A stretch of DNA of 64,000 bases from assembly GCA_963848965.1 (NCBI GenBank), contig CAWKFG010000001.1, positions 256,001 through 320,000 of the forward strand, read 5' to 3'. A program made the position numbers and the translations under genes. The stretch is from an uncultured bacterium. Its GTDB lineage: Bacteria; Babelota; Babeliae; Babelales; Babelaceae. Below the pieces are notes generated by a model. That model worked only from the letters and a program-made list of their open reading frames with translations, was not told where the DNA came from and searched no databases. This document shows, piece after piece, positions 10,936 to 19,740 of this stretch; the first letter of the stretch is position 1; each line of letters opens with the position of its first letter.

Positions 10936-13155
10936 ATGAAAATGTCTGTGTGTTATGTAGTGACATTACTCACTCTTTTTGCTTCTTGTACGTATAGTAT
11001 GAAGCCTGAAGAACAAGGTAAGCAAGAAGTATCTATACCTACTTTCATGGAAGCAATTCGTGAAGGCAGTATATTTTCTGCAAAACAGTATATTAGTAAC
11101 GGTATAAACGTTAATATACAGAGCAAAAACGGTATTACTCTGCTGATGCTTGCTGTTATGAAAGGCCATGTGAAGATGGTAGAGCTTCTTTTAGCTGCTC
11201 ACGCGTCTGTTAATGTGCGTGATATACATGGTAATACTCCTTTATCTATAGCTCTTAGTACAGCTGCAAATGCACCTATTGACAATGCTGAAACGTTAAT
11301 TGAGAATGCTGAAACGTTAGGGGAAATAAAAAATCTTAACTATTGGATAATTGCTGTAAAGCTTATTGAAGCTGGTGCTCCTCTTGATAAGAAGGCGCTT
11401 AGCTGCAAGGCAAGTAATGAGTGGGAATCTACAAGAACAAAAAATGAATTAAAGAGCCAAGGATATTCTTTAGAAACATCCATACTGCCTTCGTTATGTA
11501 CTGCCGCAGCACGTATGGGAAGTATACAGTGTTTAAAAAGACTTGCTGATATGCAAGTACAGGGTCAAAGTCTATTAACTTTTTTGATACATAATAGTTA
11601 CAAAAAAAGTTTAGGCGGAGCTTTCTTTTTGGCATGTTTAGATGGACAAGTTGAAACTGCTCGGTTTCTAGCACAACATGGTGTAAATATTAATATTAAA
11701 AATGGTGAAGGAGAGACTCCTTTATCATGTGCTGCAGAAAGAGGCGATATAAAAATAGTAGAACTGCTTATAGAACTGGGTTCTGACATACATAAGAGCG
11801 GTGAATATGCTTTAAGAGCAGCTGCTAAAAATGGCCATACGCAAGTAATTGAATTGCTTCTTAAGCATGGAGTTGAGGTACAACACATAGATGGTTATGC
11901 AGATTCACCATTGTTGTGTGCTATAGAAGGCAGACAGCTAGCAGTAGTAAAAATGCTTTTACAAGCAGGAGCTCATGCAAGTGATGAGACTGAAGATATG
12001 TCGGCTGTCGAAAGTGCTATTTGGGATATGAATCCTGAAATAGTAAAGGTACTTGTAGAGCATGGTGCAGCGGTCGATGATAATGATAGCAACTTAAATG
12101 AGCTTTTAACTGTTATTATAAAAGGTGATAGTGAACGACTTACTGCTCTCTTAAAAACAAAGGCAGAACTTATTAATGCGATACCTCGAACAGGAAGTCA
12201 TTATACACCGCTTATGTTTGCTTGTTTACTGGGTGAGATGGCTATAGTAAAAATACTTATTTCAGCTGGAGCAGATATACACCAAAAAGATAGCAATGGT
12301 TGCAATGCGCTTGCATATGCAGCAGCTATAGGTAATGAACCTTTGATAGCTCTGCTTATTACTCAAGGAAGTACAGTATCGAGCCAAGTTATCTTCCGAG
12401 CTATTGAGCATGGACACTATGATCTTGCACGTAATCTTGTACAAAAATGGACTGATGTAAAGGACTATCATATTCCGTTAAATGCGGCTATTAAAGCTCA
12501 GCAGAAACACCTTATAGTAACTCTTATACAAGCAGGAGCAGATCTGGTATCTTTAGCAAAAGAAGATTCATTTTATTATAGGCCAACTTCTACAAATGAA
12601 ACTATTCGTTGTCTTATAGAAGCAGCACAACAACCGGAATTTAAGCACTATCTTCGAATGCAAAAGAACGATTGTTCTCTTATAAGCTCCTCTAACAATA
12701 ATGCTCTTATACATAGGCAGACTCCTCTTATGTGGGCATGTATGCTTGGCCATGATGAAGTAGTAACCAGTATTTTAGTTTCTGATGCTATACGTCTTTT
12801 TGCTGAACAGGATATACATGGAAGAACGGCCTTAATGTATGCAGTTATAGCTGGACATACTGCTTTAGTAGAGCATCTCCTTCAAAGCCAAGTACATGAT
12901 ACAAACGTTCTCAATATAAGAGATAAATATAACCATACAGCACTTTATTATGCTGTAAAAGCAAGCAATCTAAGAATGGTAAAGGCACTTTTAGGTGCAG
13001 GAGCAGAAGTAACTGCTCAATGCGTAAGGTTAGCTGCAGGTCAAAGTAATAAGGAGATTCTTATTACTCTTATGTTTAAAGCTTACAAGACGTATGGAGC
13101 TCTCTTTGGTGCTCAGCATCCTGAAGCGCATAAACTTCTACCTTCTCCTTTTTAA
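10936..13155 (+). CDS. Ankyrin-repeat protein with signal peptide
   Basis: Many G.TPL..A...G...V..LL..GA repeats; hydrophobic N-terminus. Confidence 0.9.
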   Translation: MKMSVCYVVTLLTLFASCTYSMKPEEQGKQEVSIPTFMEAIREGSIFSAKQYISNGINVNIQSKNGITLLMLAVMKGHVKMVELLLAAHASVNVRDIHGNTPLSIALSTAANAPIDNAETLIENAETLGEIKNLNYWIIAVKLIEAGAPLDKKALSCKASNEWESTRTKNELKSQGYSLETSILPSLCTAAARMGSIQCLKRLADMQVQGQSLLTFLIHNSYKKSLGGAFFLACLDGQVETARFLAQHGVNINIKNGEGETPLSCAAERGDIKIVELLIELGSDIHKSGEYALRAAAKNGHTQVIELLLKHGVEVQHIDGYADSPLLCAIEGRQLAVVKMLLQAGAHASDETEDMSAVESAIWDMNPEIVKVLVEHGAAVDDNDSNLNELLTVIIKGDSERLTALLKTKAELINAIPRTGSHYTPLMFACLLGEMAIVKILISAGADIHQKDSNGCNALAYAAAIGNEPLIALLITQGSTVSSQVIFRAIEHGHYDLARNLVQKWTDVKDYHIPLNAAIKAQQKHLIVTLIQAGADLVSLAKEDSFYYRPTSTNETIRCLIEAAQQPEFKHYLRMQKNDCSLISSSNNNALIHRQTPLMWACMLGHDEVVTSILVSDAIRLFAEQDIHGRTALMYAVIAGHTALVEHLLQSQVHDTNVLNIRDKYNHTALYYAVKASNLRMVKALLGAGAEVTAQCVRLAAGQSNKEILITLMFKAYKTYGALFGAQHPEAHKLLPSPF

Positions 13156-14158
13156 GTTTTTTACAAGCAAAGGACTGTGGTCCCTTGCTTTCTAATTGTG
13201 CAAGACATTCAATAATATGAATAATTTCATTTTCTATCTCTTGTTCATGTAATAAAGTAATATTAAGAACGCTGTTAGCAGCTTGTAATACTGCAAGCCC
13301 ATTGTTAACTACATTGACGCTGTTATGCGCAAGAGAAATAAAAGCTTTAATAGTATGAGCAAAATGTTGCTGTGTTGAAGAGAGCTTATTAGTAAACGTA
13401 ATGTTTTTATCATGAATATCATCAACTATAGAGCTCGGCTCTTTTTCAAAGAGCGCTATTATATGTTGAAGGTTATATACATGCTCCATTTGGCTTATAA
13501 CGATATTATGAAGAGCACAGTGAGTAATAGTGCATCTATCAATAAGTTGGTTAAATTTTGCAGGAGATGAAACAAGTGTTGAAAGAAATTTTTCTTCACT
13601 AAGAGTGCTTAGAAGAGGCATTCGCTGTAAAGAACTGTTTTTTAAGTAGAGATGAAGAAAGGTTAAGTGTTCGCGCATTTTCTTAAAATGAGGAAGTGCT
13701 GTAGGCTCAATAGAAAGCCGCTTATAGTGAGAACTTGTTGCAGCAAAGCTTTCTAAAGCTAATAGTCTGTCAAGAGACTCTGTAAGCGCATGTATAATCG
13801 AAGCTGAAGTATGTACTAAAGGACTTATAGCAAAAGAGTTAAGCCGCGAAAGAAATTTAAAAGAAAGAGCAAGCTCTTTTATAGTTGCAGGTGAAAGTTG
13901 TCCAGAGGATTGAGTAAGAGTAGTTTTGATGTGAGTAAAATCTGCAAGTATGCTTTGTAGGGGACTATGACACTTTTGGAATTCTTCCTTAAAATGAGAT
14001 GAATGATGCTCTGTTGCACTTACTCTCTTATTAAAAAGATGAATAAGGCAAATAAGCTTTTCAGTCTCTTCATTAAGTAGCGAGTTATCTGCTCTCGTTA
14101 TTCCCTGTAAGGTTATTATAAAGAGTGGTAAAAGTATTTTAAACATAAATTTTACCAT
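13076..14158 (-). CDS. Hypothetical helical protein with signal peptide
   Basis: 360-aa ORF, AGGAG RBS upstream, signal-like N-terminus ending TRA; no recognised motif. Confidence 0.7.
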   Translation of the reverse strand: MVKFMFKILLPLFIITLQGITRADNSLLNEETEKLICLIHLFNKRVSATEHHSSHFKEEFQKCHSPLQSILADFTHIKTTLTQSSGQLSPATIKELALSFKFLSRLNSFAISPLVHTSASIIHALTESLDRLLALESFAATSSHYKRLSIEPTALPHFKKMREHLTFLHLYLKNSSLQRMPLLSTLSEEKFLSTLVSSPAKFNQLIDRCTITHCALHNIVISQMEHVYNLQHIIALFEKEPSSIVDDIHDKNITFTNKLSSTQQHFAHTIKAFISLAHNSVNVVNNGLAVLQAANSVLNITLLHEQEIENEIIHIIECLAQLESKGPQSFACKKLKKEKVEVYALQDAEHQRELHTSCKL

Positions 14159-14347
14159 ATTTTTTCTCCTTTTAAAGTATCATAATCTGGCTAGTTATAA
14201 TATTTTTTTTTCACAATGTAAACTGTTTTAACAAAACAAGCTCTTATTACGAGTATAAGAGCTTACTGCAAGTAAAAGTAGGAGGATTGTTTTTTTTGTG
14301 CTAAAGTGATAGAGGGTTTTTAAGGTATTAGATTTTTGAGGGGGTAT

Positions 14348-16081
14348 ATGAGCAGTAGTGTGTCTTCAGTAGCAGGTGCAAAATATGTGTGGAAACTTCC
14401 AGATACAGCTCATCAGATTGTGATGGATCTTGCTCTTGCTTATAATATCTCTGTACCTATTATGCAAACACTTGTAAGTCGAGGTATAGCTTCTCGTGAT
14501 AGCCTTGATAGTTATCTTTTTAGCACTCTTGAAAAAGACGTAGCTCATCCAACATTGCTTAAAGATGCTGAAAAAGCTATAGATCGTATTTTGAGTGCAA
14601 TTAAGAATAATGAAAAGATTCTTATCTGTGGCGATTATGATGTTGATGGTATTACCTCATCTGCTATGATGATGCTCTGCTTACTTCCTTTAACACCCCA
14701 TGTAAACTTTTTTTTACCACATCGCGTTCGTGATGGTTATGGACTTTCAGTAAAGACGATAGAGCGAGCAGCTAAAAATGGCTATACTGTGGTAATTACT
14801 GTTGATAATGGTATTACTGCTTTTGAGCCTGCTCTTCAAGCAAAAAAGTTAGGTATAGATCTTATCATTACAGATCATCATAAGCCACATGAGCATGCTC
14901 CTGAAGCCTATGCTATTATTAATCCTCATCAAACATCATGTTTGTATCCCTATAAAAAGCTTGCAGGAGTAGGAGTAACGTTCAAGCTTCTTTCTCTCCT
15001 TTATGAGCGGTTAGAACGGTCACTTCCAGCTAAAGTATATGAATTGTTGTTACTAGGTACTATAGCTGATGTAGTTCCGCTTACAGGCGAAAATCGCTTT
15101 TGGGTTCGGCATGGTTTAAGATACGTAAATACAAAAGAGAGTTTTTCATTACGGGTTCTTAAGCAAAATGCTCGATTTTCAAAACCGCTCCTTTCTGCCT
15201 CTGATATTGGCTTTTTTATTACACCTCAAATCAATGCTCTGGGCCGTTTAGAGGATGCTCGAGAGGGAGTAAAATTTTTAATAGGAAATGATACTACAGA
15301 AATTGAACGTGTAGGGACAGTGCTCAAAGAGTTAAATGAAGCTCGAAAAGCGATTGAGAAATCAGTTTTAGCTTCTGTTGAAGAGGAGATTGCTGCAAAA
15401 AAAATAAATCTTGAACATGAGCGCATTATTTTAGCTTCATCGCATGAATGGCAACCGGGCGTTATAGGTCTTGTTGCTTCTCGTTTAGTAAGTGCTTACA
15501 ATCGTCCTACTTTACTTTTTCACATTACACAAGATAATATTGCTAAAGGATCATGCCGTTCCGTACAAGGATTTAATGTTTTTGAAGCTCTTCATGAACA
15601 TAAAGACCTTCTTTCCTCTTTTGGAGGTCATGCAATGGCTGCAGGACTTGCGCTTCCTGCTGCAAAACTGCAGGAACTTAAAGAGCGGCTAGAAGCTACT
15701 ATTAAAGCTCAAATACCAGTGTTTGAACAGAAACCAACAATTGCACTTGATGCAGAGCTATCACTTCCTGAAGTAAATAAAAAGCTGCTTTCTGATTTAT
15801 CTTATTTAGAGCCTTTTGGTAATGAAAATACGCAACCTCTTTTTTATTTACAACAGGTGACCCTTGTTGATAATCCTGTTATACTAAAGGATGCTCATGT
15901 AAAATGTATGGTATTTAAAGACGGTATACTGAAGCCCGTTATATTTTTTAATCGGCCTGAGATGTATACACTGCTTATGGAAAGAAAAAACGATCATCTT
16001 TCACTTGCTGTATATGTAACAGAGAATCATTGGAATGGAAAAGTATCAATAGAACTGCAGGGAGTGGATATAGCGCTATGA
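14348..16081 (+). CDS. recJ: ssDNA exonuclease RecJ
   Basis: GDYDVDG, TVDNG, TDHH, GTIADVVPL, GSCRS, GGHAMAAG, LEPFGNEN; ATG at 14348 after GAGGGG. Confidence 0.96.
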   Translation: MSSSVSSVAGAKYVWKLPDTAHQIVMDLALAYNISVPIMQTLVSRGIASRDSLDSYLFSTLEKDVAHPTLLKDAEKAIDRILSAIKNNEKILICGDYDVDGITSSAMMMLCLLPLTPHVNFFLPHRVRDGYGLSVKTIERAAKNGYTVVITVDNGITAFEPALQAKKLGIDLIITDHHKPHEHAPEAYAIINPHQTSCLYPYKKLAGVGVTFKLLSLLYERLERSLPAKVYELLLLGTIADVVPLTGENRFWVRHGLRYVNTKESFSLRVLKQNARFSKPLLSASDIGFFITPQINALGRLEDAREGVKFLIGNDTTEIERVGTVLKELNEARKAIEKSVLASVEEEIAAKKINLEHERIILASSHEWQPGVIGLVASRLVSAYNRPTLLFHITQDNIAKGSCRSVQGFNVFEALHEHKDLLSSFGGHAMAAGLALPAAKLQELKERLEATIKAQIPVFEQKPTIALDAELSLPEVNKKLLSDLSYLEPFGNENTQPLFYLQQVTLVDNPVILKDAHVKCMVFKDGILKPVIFFNRPEMYTLLMERKNDHLSLAVYVTENHWNGKVSIELQGVDIAL

Positions 16082-16752
16082 TTATTACTATTGATGGGCC
16101 TGTAGCAAGTGGAAAGTCTACCATAGCTCGTGCGCTTGCAGAACAATTAGGCTATATGTACCTTAACTCTGGCCTACTCTTTAGAGCACTTGCGTATATA
16201 TATACGAAGGAAAGGCGCGCATCTGATGAGACTATGATGCACAGTACTCCTCATGAAGTAGAGTCCATTGTATACCAAGGTAGAATACGTTATACATATT
16301 CTATGGAACAAGGAGCACGTATCTTATTAGACGGGGTAGATATAACACCTTTTTTAAAGGATCCTGATATTGATCGTGCGGCGTCTTTAATGAGTCTTAA
16401 TCCTGCAGTACGACAAGTGCTTCTTGAGTATCAGCGCAATTTTGTCGGAGAAAACAATGCGGTAATTGATGGAAGAGATGCGGGTACAGTTGTCTTTCCT
16501 CATGCAGATGTTAAGTTTTACTTAACGGCTTCGCTGCAGATACGAGCACAACGCTGGCATCGTGATCAACTTCTTAAGGGCACTACTATAAGTTTAGAAG
16601 AGAGTTTGCAGGCACTTGTTGAGCGAGATAAACGAGATAGTACACGTTCTGTTGCTCCGCTTAAGCCTGCATGTGATGCTTTAATACTAGATACATCTTC
16701 TCTTACTACACAAGAAGTAATGGCGCACATTATTGAGGCTCTTCAGGGGTGA
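16078..16752 (+). CDS. cmk: Cytidylate kinase
   Basis: MIITIDGPVASGKST, DGRDAGTVVFP, RDKRD; ATGA overlap with recJ stop. Confidence 0.95.
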   Translation: MIITIDGPVASGKSTIARALAEQLGYMYLNSGLLFRALAYIYTKERRASDETMMHSTPHEVESIVYQGRIRYTYSMEQGARILLDGVDITPFLKDPDIDRAASLMSLNPAVRQVLLEYQRNFVGENNAVIDGRDAGTVVFPHADVKFYLTASLQIRAQRWHRDQLLKGTTISLEESLQALVERDKRDSTRSVAPLKPACDALILDTSSLTTQEVMAHIIEALQG

Positions 16753-16857
16753 TTTTATACTATCTTGTTTTACCAAATTGCTTAATTGTTAATTTTAGTA
16801 TAAAGTAATATGATAGAGAAGTAGATAACATAATATGTATTACCTTAGTTAAAGATT

Positions 16858-19134
16858 ATGAAATATTGCATACTAGTATTGTTTGTTGTACAATTTTTTA
16901 TCCCGTGTTTTTCTATGAAAAGAGACGCTCCTATCTCTGATAATAAAAGACAGGTCAAGAGATCTTGTATACAATGGCAACACTCTTTTAAAGATGGATG
17001 TTCTCAAAAACATCTTCAATATCCATCTTTTTTGTTAAGAGCTGGAGTGCCTTACCCTTGTACAGCACATGCTAGGGTTGGAGAGGTTAATCAAGGAGTA
17101 AAAGAACCATTTACAAATAACGACTGGAGTAGTTTTTCACATGTGTACCGTCATGTGTGTTCAAAGTATTCTATTTCTTATACATCTGGTATTGCAGACC
17201 ACAAGTCTCTTCTTTTGGTATTGGCTGCAGCTCGTGGACATGAAACACTTGTTAAATATATGCTAGAAGCAAATCCTCTTATTACATCTTATAAGTCAGC
17301 TTATACAACTTTGTTACTAGCAGCTGCTCGAGGAGGGCATAAGCATATTATTGAATATCTTATCAAGCAGGGAGCTGATGTACATGAAGCATGGAAAAGC
17401 GCACTAGCAGATCAAGATGTAGACGCGGCTCTTAATCTAGTACAAGGACAGGAGCTTGATGGTAATACACTAATTGGTACAAATGCTATGTTTCTTATAA
17501 ATGCCCTAGAGGCCGGATCTAAAGCTTTTATAGAAAAGATTATAGCTGCCGGAGCAGGTGTTAATGCTTGTTCTGCTGAAGGTATGACGCCACTTATGCG
17601 AGCTGCTCAATTAGGAGATAAAGAGCTTGTAAAACTTTTATTAGAGAATAAAGCAGATGTTAACAAGGTCGATAGTGCGCAATGTAGTGCTTTAATTTAT
17701 GCAATACAAGCAGGATATGATGATATAGCAAAACTTTTTATTTCCTATGGTGCTCCAATAGAAGATGACTTACTTTGGACTGTTATTAATAATGAAGAAT
17801 CGTTAGTAAGCAAACTGCTGACTCTTAAATCTGCTCTTGTTAATGTGCAAGATAAACAAAGTGGTAATTCTGCGCTTATGTGTGCAATTAAAAAGAGAAA
17901 TGAGAGTATTGCCACCGAGCTTATACAGAGAGGTGCATCAGTTAATACTGCTAATAAAAAAGGTCAAACAGCTCTTATGTTTGCTGCTCTTGAAGGATTA
18001 GAAAAAATAGTAACACTGTTACTTGAACGTGCTGCCAACAGCGGTGCACAAGACAATTCTGGTCTTACTGCTTTAATGTTTGCTATCTATCGAGGACATG
18101 CTGGAGTAGTACGCATTTTATTGAATCATACTGCTGATGTGCGAGTTCGTACCAAAGAGGGCTGGGATGCTCTTATGATAGCTGCAGATAAAGGAAATAA
18201 AGAAGTAGTAGAAATGCTCTTAGCTAAAGGGGCAGACAGTAATGCTCAAAATCCTACTAATGATAATGCTCTTACTCGAGCTTTGTTGCGCAAGCATACG
18301 GAAGTTGTTGATACGCTTATTGGCAAAGGAGCAAATGTTCACAAAAGCTTACTATTGGCTGCTTCTAATGGTTATTTAGAGGTAGTTACGAGGCTTGTCG
18401 AGCTTGGGGCTAATACTTCAATACGTATACCTCATAGGAATTATACACCCTTAGTACTTGCTCGTGAAGGACGACATGAAGAGGTGAGTAATTTTCTTGA
18501 GCTTTGTACGCAGCCAGGGATACTGCTCTATCGGCAAGATCCTAATGCTTATGTAGATTCTCATATACAACAATGCTTTGTACATAAAAAATATCCTCGC
18601 ACCTGTTTAGTACACTTTAATGAATGTTACTTTGAGCAAAAGGCTCCAGACCATTCTATTTGTTACCATCAAACAGTGCTCATGTGGGCTTGTATATTTG
18701 GACATGCTCATATAGTGGAAAAGATTCTTTTATCTGGAGTGCCATCATGGTATATAAGTGCACAAGACAAATTTGGGTGCACAGCGTTACATTATGCAAT
18801 TATTTATGGTCATACTCCTTGTATTAATACAATGCTTAGGTGGCATACGGCAGATAAAGAACGTATAAAAGAGCTGTATGAAGATAATCCTGAAGCGCTG
18901 AAGAAAGCTCGCGCTCTGTCAGGTATAAATCTGTGTAATGCAAAAGGAAGCTCTGCTCTGATGCATGCCATTAAAAAAGGAAATTTAGGCCTTATTTCTC
19001 GCCTTATAGAAGCAGGAGCATGGCCGAGTAGTAAAGCGATAAAACTTGCTGTAACATTAGGACACAAAGAGATCGCTATCAAGCTTCTCTTTTTACTATC
19101 GCCTGATGGAAAACAATATCCTCACATTTTTTAA
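16858..19134 (+). CDS. Ankyrin-repeat protein with signal peptide
   Basis: Repeated G.TALM.A motifs; hydrophobic N-terminus. Confidence 0.9.
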   Translation: MKYCILVLFVVQFFIPCFSMKRDAPISDNKRQVKRSCIQWQHSFKDGCSQKHLQYPSFLLRAGVPYPCTAHARVGEVNQGVKEPFTNNDWSSFSHVYRHVCSKYSISYTSGIADHKSLLLVLAAARGHETLVKYMLEANPLITSYKSAYTTLLLAAARGGHKHIIEYLIKQGADVHEAWKSALADQDVDAALNLVQGQELDGNTLIGTNAMFLINALEAGSKAFIEKIIAAGAGVNACSAEGMTPLMRAAQLGDKELVKLLLENKADVNKVDSAQCSALIYAIQAGYDDIAKLFISYGAPIEDDLLWTVINNEESLVSKLLTLKSALVNVQDKQSGNSALMCAIKKRNESIATELIQRGASVNTANKKGQTALMFAALEGLEKIVTLLLERAANSGAQDNSGLTALMFAIYRGHAGVVRILLNHTADVRVRTKEGWDALMIAADKGNKEVVEMLLAKGADSNAQNPTNDNALTRALLRKHTEVVDTLIGKGANVHKSLLLAASNGYLEVVTRLVELGANTSIRIPHRNYTPLVLAREGRHEEVSNFLELCTQPGILLYRQDPNAYVDSHIQQCFVHKKYPRTCLVHFNECYFEQKAPDHSICYHQTVLMWACIFGHAHIVEKILLSGVPSWYISAQDKFGCTALHYAIIYGHTPCINTMLRWHTADKERIKELYEDNPEALKKARALSGINLCNAKGSSALMHAIKKGNLGLISRLIEAGAWPSSKAIKLAVTLGHKEIAIKLLFLLSPDGKQYPHIF

Positions 19135-19177
19135 ATAAAAAAGCTGCAGGTAACTAATACCTGCAGCTTAATTTTTG
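19135..19177. terminator. Bidirectional terminator
   Basis: AAGCTGCAGGTA-ACTAA-TACCTGCAGCTT flanked by A and T runs between convergent genes. Confidence 0.8.
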
Positions 19178-19185
19178 AGACACCG

Positions 19186-19617
19186 TTACTTTGTGTCGTC
19201 TTCATCTTCATCTGCTGCTGGTGCTGGAGCTGCAGGAGTTCTTGCTGGAACCTGTGCTGCTGAAGCTTTAGTATCGAGTGTTTTTAATTCTTGATCATCT
19301 TCATCAAGATCAAAATCTTCGTCACCTGCAAATTGATCTTGTGCTACAGGAGCTGGGCGAGCAGGAGCTGCTGATAGCTGTGCGCCTGTTTCGTCATATG
19401 CACCTTCTGTATAAGAAGCTTGTGCAGCTGGTTGTTGTTCGTCATAGTAAGCAGAAGGAGCAGGTGCATAAGAAGCGTCTGCAGGAGCAGGAGCTGCAGG
19501 ACAGCAAACAGGTGCAGCTACTGGGTAGCAACAACGACGACGACCGTTATTCATCCAACCACACGCAGGTATAAGCAGCACTAAGCTGAATAATGAAAAG
19601 TAAGAAAGACGTTTCAT
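19186..19617 (-). CDS. Putative lipoprotein, Ala/Pro-rich and acidic, low complexity
   Basis: MKR + hydrophobic stretch + IPAC lipobox; AAGGAG RBS. Confidence 0.75.
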   Translation of the reverse strand: MKRLSYFSLFSLVLLIPACGWMNNGRRRCCYPVAAPVCCPAAPAPADASYAPAPSAYYDEQQPAAQASYTEGAYDETGAQLSAAPARPAPVAQDQFAGDEDFDLDEDDQELKTLDTKASAAQVPARTPAAPAPAADEDEDDTK

Positions 19618-19696
19618 AGACTCTCCTTATAAAGAGGGTTAATATACTGTCGCCCATTTTAAATCAAAATGGCACCTTTACGCAAGCTGTTCGTAT

Positions 19697-19732
19697 AAAA
19701 AAAGGGCAAAGTTTTGAACTTTGCCCTTTTTT
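19697..19732 (-). terminator. Intrinsic terminator after lon
   Basis: AAAAAAGGGCAAAGTT-TTG-AACTTTGCCCTTTTTT. Confidence 0.85.
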
Positions 19733-19740
19733 AGGTACTT

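Noticed and set aside
11284..11319. 15-nt repeat AATGCTGAAACGTTA x2
   Set aside because: Small in-frame slippage duplication with no sign of function
14238..14264. Inverted repeat AAGCTCTTAT-N7-ATAAGAGCTT between divergent genes
   Set aside because: Single occurrence; cannot distinguish operator, hairpin or chance
16823..16850. dif-like site on the minus strand (AACTAAGGTAA-TACATA-TTATGTTATCT)
   Set aside because: XerD-like arm is 9/11 to the E. coli sequence but the XerC arm is poor and the context is very AT-rich; chance match cannot be excluded
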